Shown: positions 44,783-50,724 of the stretch, piece by piece
Layout of the letters: every line of letters starts with the position of its first letter
How positions within the stretch are numbered: the stretch's first letter is position 1
DNA from: Acidobacteriota bacterium
Lineage (GTDB): Bacteria; Acidobacteriota; Vicinamibacteria; Vicinamibacterales; 2-12-FULL-66-21
Direction of reading: 5' to 3'
NCBI GenBank assembly: GCA_031425515.1
Contig: JANPJN010000032.1
Location: 1-50,724 of the forward strand
Length of the DNA: 50,724 nt
Made by a program: the position numbers and the translations under genes
The notes under the pieces: generated by a model
Told to the model about the DNA's origin: nothing
The model's input: the letters and a program-made list of their open reading frames with translations, nothing else
The model's database searches: none

Positions 44783-46992
44783 GGCGCATCGCCTGCGTCC
44801 TGCTGCTGGCGCTCGCGGCGTCACGTCCCGCCCTTGCCCAGAGCGACTGGCCCTCCGAGCGCCCGCCACGCCCGCTCGCGGCGCGCGAAGTCAGCTTCCC
44901 GCCGTATCAGGTCAAGACGCTGGCGAACGGCCTGCAGGTGATCGCGGTGTCGCACCACGAGCAGCCCGCCGTCAGCCTCAGACTGATCGTGCGCGCCGGC
45001 GGCGCCCAGGACACGGCCGCGCGGCCGGGCGTCGCGTACGTCGCGGCGGCACTGCTCGACCAGGGGACCACGACGAAGAGCGCCGAACAGATTGCCAACG
45101 CCATCGACTCTATCGGCGGGGCGATCGGGGCGGGGGCGACGAGCGACCTGACGTCGATCACCGCGGCGGTGATGAAGGGCAGCCTGGGCACGGCGCTCGA
45201 CCTCGTCTCGGATCTCGTGCGCAATCCGGCGTTCGCTCCCGAAGAGATCGAGCGCCAGCGCCAGCAGATCCTGTCTGGCCTGAAGGTCAGCTACGACGAC
45301 CCGGACTATCTCGCGGGCGTCGTCTTCGATCGGCTGGTCTACGGCTTCCATCCCTACGGCAAGCCCGACTCCGGCACGCCGGAATCGATCGCGGCCGTCA
45401 CCCGCGAGGATCTCCTCGCCTACCACACGCGCTGGTTCGGCCCCAACAACGCCATCCTCGCGATCGTCGGCGACATCTCCCCGGAGGAGGCGTTCGCCGG
45501 CGCCGAGCGCGCGTTCGGCGGCTGGCGCCGGGTCGAACTGCCGCAGGCCCGCACGGAGGATGCACCGGCGCCGACACGGCGGGTCGTGATCATCGATCGC
45601 CCCGGCGCGGTGCAGACTGAGATCCGGGTGGGCAATATCGGCCTGGCGCGCCGACACAAGGACTACCTCGCGCTCGACATCGCGTCGAAGATCCTCGGCG
45701 GCGAAGGAGGCAACCGGCTCTACCGAGTGCTGCGGTCGGAACGCAGTCTGACGTACGGCGCCTCTGCCGACCTCCACGCGTTGAAAGACACCGGCAACAT
45801 CGTGGCGGACACCGACACGCGATCCGAAAAGACCGGTGAAACGCTCCGATTGATGGTGGACGAGATCGCGAAGCTGCAGCGGCAGCGTGTGCAGGCGCGG
45901 GAATTGAGTGACGCCCAGGAGTACCTGACCGGCAGCTTTCCGCTGACGATTGAAACCCCGGGAGCCATTGCGCTGCAGGTGCTGAACGCCGTCTTCTACG
46001 GTCTGGACCTGAACGACCTCCAGACGTATCGGGAGCGGGTCAACAGCATCACGGTGGACGACATCCAGCGGGTGGCGCAGCAATACCTCCACCCCGACCG
46101 CCTCGCGATCGTGCTCGTGGGCGATGCATCGGCGATCGCGCCGCAGCTCGCTGGCGTCGGCTTCGATCAGGTCGAGCGGATTGCGGTGAGCGACCTCGAT
46201 CTCTCGTCGCCGAATCTCCGCCGCAAGGGGGCGAGTCCCGCCGGGCCCATCAAGCCGATCGCGTGGCAGACGCAGGGGCCGCCCCGAAAGGCGCCCGTCG
46301 CGGCGATCTCCGATGCGACCTCCGATGCCGCGGAGATCATCGCCCGCGCGGTCGCGGCGAAGGGCGGCCTGCAGCGCCTCCGCTCGATCCGGACCCTGCG
46401 GGTGCTGGCCACCACGACCGTGCACGCGGAGGGGACGCCGACGACGTTTGCGAGCACCACCATCGTCCGATACCCGGGAGGGTTCCGGAGCGAGGCCGAA
46501 CTGCCGGGCGGACGGCTGGTCCAGGTCTTCAACGCCGGCACCGCGTGGTTTCAGGATGCCGGCGGCGTCCACGACGCGCCCCCCGGGATGGCCGACCAGA
46601 TGCGCGGCGCGGTGCAGCGCGACAGCGTCCTGCTGCTGCTGGCGCTGGCGGACGGCTCGGTCAAGGCCAGGCGGGTCGCCGCAGCCGGCGAGGCGAGCGG
46701 AGCGAGCGGTGCGATTCCGACGCTCGAGGTGTCGCTCCCCGGCACGCCGCCGCTGACGCTGATGTTCGATCCCGTGACGACGCTCATCACCAGGGTTCGC
46801 TACCGGGTCGCGGGCGGAGAGACGGCTGTGAGCGCCGAGGAAACCTATTCGGACTACCGCGACGTGCTCGGGCTCAAAGTCGCGTTCGCGACCGACGTGC
46901 GGCGGGACGACGCCCCCGCGCTGCGGCGCGTCCTCAGGAGCTACGAGCTCAACGTCCCGCTCGATCCCACCCTGTTCGTCAAGCCCAGTTGA
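44779..46992 (+). CDS. M16 family peptidase-like subunit lacking HxxEH, fused to ~280-aa uncharacterised C-terminal domain
   Basis: ATGA overlap with the upstream M16 gene and a signal peptide. GVAYVAAALLDQGT sits at the zinc-motif position. The M16 fold runs to about residue 450, followed by an extra beta-rich region. Confidence 0.85.
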   Translation: MRRIACVLLLALAASRPALAQSDWPSERPPRPLAAREVSFPPYQVKTLANGLQVIAVSHHEQPAVSLRLIVRAGGAQDTAARPGVAYVAAALLDQGTTTKSAEQIANAIDSIGGAIGAGATSDLTSITAAVMKGSLGTALDLVSDLVRNPAFAPEEIERQRQQILSGLKVSYDDPDYLAGVVFDRLVYGFHPYGKPDSGTPESIAAVTREDLLAYHTRWFGPNNAILAIVGDISPEEAFAGAERAFGGWRRVELPQARTEDAPAPTRRVVIIDRPGAVQTEIRVGNIGLARRHKDYLALDIASKILGGEGGNRLYRVLRSERSLTYGASADLHALKDTGNIVADTDTRSEKTGETLRLMVDEIAKLQRQRVQARELSDAQEYLTGSFPLTIETPGAIALQVLNAVFYGLDLNDLQTYRERVNSITVDDIQRVAQQYLHPDRLAIVLVGDASAIAPQLAGVGFDQVERIAVSDLDLSSPNLRRKGASPAGPIKPIAWQTQGPPRKAPVAAISDATSDAAEIIARAVAAKGGLQRLRSIRTLRVLATTTVHAEGTPTTFASTTIVRYPGGFRSEAELPGGRLVQVFNAGTAWFQDAGGVHDAPPGMADQMRGAVQRDSVLLLLALADGSVKARRVAAAGEASGASGAIPTLEVSLPGTPPLTLMFDPVTTLITRVRYRVAGGETAVSAEETYSDYRDVLGLKVAFATDVRRDDAPALRRVLRSYELNVPLDPTLFVKPS

Positions 46993-47084
46993 TTCCGGAT
47001 GCGCGCGCCCCGCGCCTCGACATCCCGGCCGGTGGAGACACGTCCCGCACGACGAAGACACGAGGCTCTGCACCCGTGCGCGTG

Positions 47085-48239
47085 ATGATCTCGTGCGGAG
47101 AGCCCTCCGGTGATCTGTACGCCGGGGCACTCGCGTCGGAGGTGCTGCGGCGGGCGCCCGGCGCCGTCATCACCGGTTTCGGCGGCGACCGGCTCGCGGC
47201 GGCTGGCGCCTCGCTCGTAGAGAACTTCAGCGGGTTGTCCGTGACAGGCCTGCTCGAAGTGGCCCGGCTGCTGCCGCGGACCTACGGGATCTATCGCCGG
47301 CTCGTCGCCGAGGCGACCCGGCACCGTCCTGACGTGCTGGTAGCCGTCGATTTTCCGGATTTCAACTTCTTCCTCGCGCGGGCCATCCGCAGGCTGGGCG
47401 TGCCGGTGGTCTACTACATCAGCCCGCAGCTCTGGGCATGGCGGCGCGGACGGATGAAGACCATGCGCCGGCTGGCCGACCGCGTCCTGGTCATCTTTCC
47501 GTTCGAGGAGGCGTTCTACCGCGCCGCGGGTGTGCCGGTCGAATGGGTGGGGCACCCGCTGTTCGACGTGGCCGCCGCACCCGGGCCGCGCGACACCTTC
47601 CTCTCGGGCATTGGTCTCGACCCGGCCCGTCCCGTCGTTGCGTTGCTGCCCGGAAGCCGGCGGAACGAAGTAGCCGTCATCCTGCCGGATCTCGCGCGCG
47701 CCGCACATCTCATTCACCAGCGTCGCCCCGGCGTGCAGTTCGTCGTGGCGAGGGCACCGCATCTGCGGGACGATCTGTTCGCGCCGCTCCTGGCGCTTCG
47801 GGATGGCAGCCTCGGTCCGCCCGTGGCACTGGTGGACGGACAGGCCGACGCCGTGCTCGCGGCGGCGGAGGTCGCCCTCGTGGCGTCCGGAACGGTCACC
47901 GTGCAGGCCGCCCTGCATCAGTGCCCGATGGTGGTTGTCTACCGCCTGTCGCCGCTCACCTACGCGCTGGGGAAACCCTTCGTTCATGTCGACATGTACG
48001 CCATGGTCAACCTGATTGCCGGACACCGCGTGGTGCCAGAGCTCATACAGGACGCCTTCACGCCGACGGCGGTAGCAGACGAAGCGCTGCGCGTCCTCAC
48101 CGACCCGGCGCACGCCGCGGCCGTGCGCGCGGATTTGCGCGCCGTGACGGCACGGCTGGGCGAGCCCGGGGCCAGCGGACGCGCCGCGGAGGCCGTGCTG
48201 GCCGTCGCGCGCCGCGGGCGTGCGGATCGTTTGGGATAG
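47085..48239 (+). CDS. lpxB: lipid-A-disaccharide synthase
   Basis: ORF 46263..48239 trimmed to ATG 47085 (MISCGEPSGDLYAG...YYISPQLWAWRRGR...). GTG 47076 or 47082 are also possible starts. Confidence 0.92.
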   Translation: MISCGEPSGDLYAGALASEVLRRAPGAVITGFGGDRLAAAGASLVENFSGLSVTGLLEVARLLPRTYGIYRRLVAEATRHRPDVLVAVDFPDFNFFLARAIRRLGVPVVYYISPQLWAWRRGRMKTMRRLADRVLVIFPFEEAFYRAAGVPVEWVGHPLFDVAAAPGPRDTFLSGIGLDPARPVVALLPGSRRNEVAVILPDLARAAHLIHQRRPGVQFVVARAPHLRDDLFAPLLALRDGSLGPPVALVDGQADAVLAAAEVALVASGTVTVQAALHQCPMVVVYRLSPLTYALGKPFVHVDMYAMVNLIAGHRVVPELIQDAFTPTAVADEALRVLTDPAHAAAVRADLRAVTARLGEPGASGRAAEAVLAVARRGRADRLG

Positions 48240-48249
48240 ACTTTCGAGG

Positions 48250-48804
48250 ATGCGCAGACTTTTCGTCCTGGCCGTCCTGCTCCTCGTCGCCCCGTCGCTT
48301 CGCGCCACCGTCCTCGTGCCCGCCGAGTTCCGCGAGATCGTCACCGGCTCCCAGATCATCGTCTACGGCCGCGTGGCTGACGTGCACGCCGAATGGGCGG
48401 ACGACAGGCGCCGGATCGACACGGTGGTGAGCCTGGAGGTGTCCTCGTACCTCAAGGGCGGGCCCGGTGAAGTCGTCACGTTTCGCGTGCCCGGCGGGCA
48501 GATCGGCCGCTACCGCAGTGTGACGGTTGGCGCTCCGGAGTTCCGCGCCGGCGAGGAAGCGGTCGTATTCCTGAACGCCGCCGGTCCGGCCGTGGCGCAC
48601 GTGTTCGGCCTGAGCCAGGGGGTCTTCAGGGTGCGGCTCGACGGCCGCACGGGGCAGCGTCTCGTGATGCCGCCGCTGCTGACGACCGACAGCGATACGC
48701 CGGAGCCCGTGACACGCGGCTCGATCGATCGACGACCGCTGCCGCTCGACAGCTTCGCCGCCAGCGTGCGCGCGGCGATGGCGCCGGCCCGGGTGGCGCG
48801 GTGA
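48250..48804 (+). CDS. secreted hypothetical protein (beta-rich), first gene of the matrixin module
   Basis: ATG 48250 (MRRLFVLAVLLLVAPSLRA/TV). I recognise no family. Confidence 0.65.
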   Translation: MRRLFVLAVLLLVAPSLRATVLVPAEFREIVTGSQIIVYGRVADVHAEWADDRRRIDTVVSLEVSSYLKGGPGEVVTFRVPGGQIGRYRSVTVGAPEFRAGEEAVVFLNAAGPAVAHVFGLSQGVFRVRLDGRTGQRLVMPPLLTTDSDTPEPVTRGSIDRRPLPLDSFAASVRAAMAPARVAR

Positions 48805-49799
48805 CGCGGCGCGCGCCTCTCCTCCTCGCCCTCGCGATTGTCGCGGCCGCCACGGCGCCCGCCGACGCTTATCTGAAGCTCGGCTCGCGCATCGGCACAC
48901 GCACCGTGACGCTCAAGTGGCCGGCGATGCCGATCCGGTATTTCGTCACCGACCGCGGTGTGCCTGGCGTCACGTCGCAGCAGCTCCAGCAGACAGTCGC
49001 CAGAGCCTTCGCCACCTGGGACGGTGTCTCCACGGCCGCGGTCTCGTCGCAGTTCGTCGGGTTCACCACGGCCACGCCGCGCGGCGGCGACGGGGCGACG
49101 GTGATCGGGTTTCAGAGCCGTCCCGATCTCGATCGCACGCTCGGCGCCACGTCCTTCCTCATCGACACGCTCACCGGCGACATCGTCGAATCCGACATCT
49201 TCCTGAATACCACCTTTGCGTGGTCGGTCGCGGCGCAGGGAGACCCGGCGGCCTTCGATCTCGAGTCGATCGCGCTGCACGAAATCGGGCACCTGCACGG
49301 CCTGGCGCATTCCGCGCTCGGCGAAACCGAGCTGCGCGCCGGAGGACGCCGCGTCCTTGCCTCCGAGTCGGTGATGTTCCCGATTGCGTTTTCGCCGGGT
49401 AGCGTGGCGCTGCGTACCGTGCGGCCAGACGACATCGCAGGCCTGTCGGATCTCTATCCCGCGACCGGTTTCTCGCGGCGGACGGGCAGCATCAGCGGCA
49501 AGGTGACGAAGAGCGGCCGCGGCGTGCTCGGCGCGCACATCGTCGCCTTCAACCCGCGAAACGGCAGTCTGGTCGGTGGATTCTCGCTGAGCGACGACGG
49601 GTCGTTCGTGATCGCCGGTCTCGAGCCAGGGCCCCACGTGCTCAGGGTCGAGCCGATCGACGATGCCGAGGTGGATAGTTTTCTCGACCTGACCCTCGGA
49701 GTGGACGTGGACTTCCGCGTGAAGTTCCACGAGAAGCTCGTGGTGGTGCCGCGCGGCGGCGGGGCGACGAAGATCGAGATCAAGGTGCTGCCCAAGTGA
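48801..49799 (+). CDS. matrixin (M10 family) zinc metalloprotease with C-terminal carboxypeptidase-regulatory-like domain, no prodomain
   Basis: The GTG start overlaps the upstream TGA. Signal peptide, HEIGHLHGLAHS, Met-turn SVMFP. C-terminal region GSISGKVT...GAHIVAF...DGSFVIAGLEPGPHVLRVE. Confidence 0.88.
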   Translation: MTRRAPLLLALAIVAAATAPADAYLKLGSRIGTRTVTLKWPAMPIRYFVTDRGVPGVTSQQLQQTVARAFATWDGVSTAAVSSQFVGFTTATPRGGDGATVIGFQSRPDLDRTLGATSFLIDTLTGDIVESDIFLNTTFAWSVAAQGDPAAFDLESIALHEIGHLHGLAHSALGETELRAGGRRVLASESVMFPIAFSPGSVALRTVRPDDIAGLSDLYPATGFSRRTGSISGKVTKSGRGVLGAHIVAFNPRNGSLVGGFSLSDDGSFVIAGLEPGPHVLRVEPIDDAEVDSFLDLTLGVDVDFRVKFHEKLVVVPRGGGATKIEIKVLPK

Positions 49800-50515
49800 C
49801 CCGCCGTGCGGTCACGCCGCGGTGGAGGCGTACGATTGCGCTGGTCCTCATGGCGGGGACGCTGTCGTTAGGGGCGTCGGAGGCGGCTGCGCAGGTGTGG
49901 GCAGGGCCGTCGGGGCCTCGCGCGGGATCGGTGGAGGTGAGCGCAGGCGCCGCATTCGTCGGCAAGGTGCCACTCGGGGATCGCGACGCCGAGGAGTCCC
50001 GCAACATCAACACCGGCTCGGGACCGTTCGCGCTGTTCGCGAGCGAGTCCACGCTGGGAGCGGGACCGGCGGCGCTGCTGCGGCTCGGCGTGTACCTGTC
50101 GCGAGCGGTATCGGTCGAGGCCGGTGTGCAGTACGGACGGCCGCGCCTCAGCACACGCCTGTCGGGCGACGTCGAACAGGCCCCCACGGTGACGGCCGAC
50201 GAGACACTCACGCGATATTTGATCGATGGATCTCTGCTGCTCCACCTGACCGGGCTGTCATTTGCCGGCGGCCGTGGCGTGCCGTTCGTCTCGGCCGGCG
50301 GCGGTTACCTGCGCGAGCTGCACGAGCAGAATCAGCTGATTGAGACCGGCCGCGAGTACCACGCGGGCGGCGGGGTGAAGTTCTGGATGGGCACCGGCGC
50401 TCGCCTGGGCATCCGCGTGGACGCCGGTGCATCGATGCGGAGCGGCGGCGTCGATTTCCGCACCGGCCGACGGACTGCGCCGATGGCGGCCGGGTCGGTG
50501 ATGTATCGATTCTGA
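49796..50515 (+). CDS. outer-membrane beta-barrel protein
   Basis: The GTG start overlaps the matrixin TGA. Signal peptide ...SEAAAQV, amphipathic strands, ends ...AAGSVMYRF. Confidence 0.75.
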   Translation: MTRRAVTPRWRRTIALVLMAGTLSLGASEAAAQVWAGPSGPRAGSVEVSAGAAFVGKVPLGDRDAEESRNINTGSGPFALFASESTLGAGPAALLRLGVYLSRAVSVEAGVQYGRPRLSTRLSGDVEQAPTVTADETLTRYLIDGSLLLHLTGLSFAGGRGVPFVSAGGGYLRELHEQNQLIETGREYHAGGGVKFWMGTGARLGIRVDAGASMRSGGVDFRTGRRTAPMAAGSVMYRF

Positions 50516-50567
50516 GGGGGCTGTCGGCCTCCAGCTTCCAGCTTCCAGCTTCCGGCTTCCAGCCCCC
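50516..50567. repeat. second copy of the CAGCTTC heptad array, enclosed by the 8-bp inverted repeat GGGGGCTG/CAGCCCCC
   Basis: cagcttc cagcttc cagcttc cggcttc. Positions 50538-50560 are identical to 9164-9186 (23 nt). Confidence 0.85.
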
Positions 50568-50607
50568 GGATTGCTCCGCACGCAAACGCCGCTTCCAGGC
50601 TGCCTCC

Positions 50608-50724
50608 CTATCCAGGCTCGGCCGTGCGTTCTTCGGTTCTTGTCACCTGATCCTCGCTCACCTCGTACCAGGCGACCGTGCGGCCGGCCCAGGCGGCGCC
50701 GCTCTGGCCGTTCAGGCCCACGGC
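50608..50724 (-). CDS. 3' end of an unidentified convergent gene (partial; continues beyond the window)
   Basis: The minus-strand frame is open from the window edge to the TAG at 50610-50608 (...AVGLNGQSGAAWAGRTVAWYEVSEDQVTRTEERTAEPG). Codon bias is coding-like. No family is assignable. Confidence 0.35.
   Translation of the reverse strand, partial: AVGLNGQSGAAWAGRTVAWYEVSEDQVTRTEERTAEPG

Noticed and set aside
50208-50585. ORFs 50208..50585 and 50258..50581 (minus strand), whose peptides contain WKPEAGSWKLEA and RKLEAGSWRP.
   Set aside because: They are antisense to the OMP gene, and their ends merely translate the CAGCTTC heptad array.

Overview
Very GC-rich bacterial chromosomal segment (about two-thirds G+C by eye, not computed). 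It comes from a diderm organism, since lpxB, lpxD, beta-barrel OMPs and many periplasmic enzymes are present. My guess is Acidobacteriota, unverified. The window is almost entirely core housekeeping genes packed into long operons, and many neighbours share 1-4 nt start/stop overlaps (GTGA, ATGA, TTGA).

Genes recognised:
- Envelope and cell wall: slt, mltG, lpxD, lpxB, a 3D-domain protein, an EnvC-like M23 protein, an S41 Ctp-like protein.
- Translation block: thrS, infC, rpmI, rplT, pheS, pheT, with tRNA-Val(GAC) upstream.
- zapB-like, zapA, 6S RNA, rny, thiL.
- ruvX, nadK, tlyA, ispA, xseB, xseA, ymdB-like, hsp20, rpoZ, surE, gatC, gatA, nfo.
- AmmeMemoRadiSam proteins B and A.
- A heterodimeric ABC exporter pair and a periplasmic M16 peptidase pair.

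I saw no transposase, integrase, phage genes, CRISPR array or toxin-antitoxin pair. Most long ORFs in the six-frame track are GC-driven antisense or out-of-frame artefacts, and many real genes start well inside the listed ORF.

Observations worth a second look:
1. An unannotated 6S RNA downstream of zapA.
2. A dispersed family of short-period tandem repeats, the CAGCTTC/CAGCTAT heptads. One inverted pair of arrays sits between the two ABC genes, and a 23-nt identical copy lies at the far end of the window.
3. A 10-mer array supplies the lpxD stop codon, and an in-frame 15-mer duplication lies inside nfo.
4. Two very large divergent polytopic membrane proteins have start codons 5 nt apart, straddled by a perfect TAGAATG-N5-CATTCTA palindrome.
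5. A translationally coupled module of secreted protein, prodomain-less matrixin and OM beta-barrel.
6. A probable AUC start for infC.
7. Several -10 boxes sit so close to start codons that the mRNAs would be leaderless.

None of these was verified by search. All family calls rest on motifs I recognise by eye.
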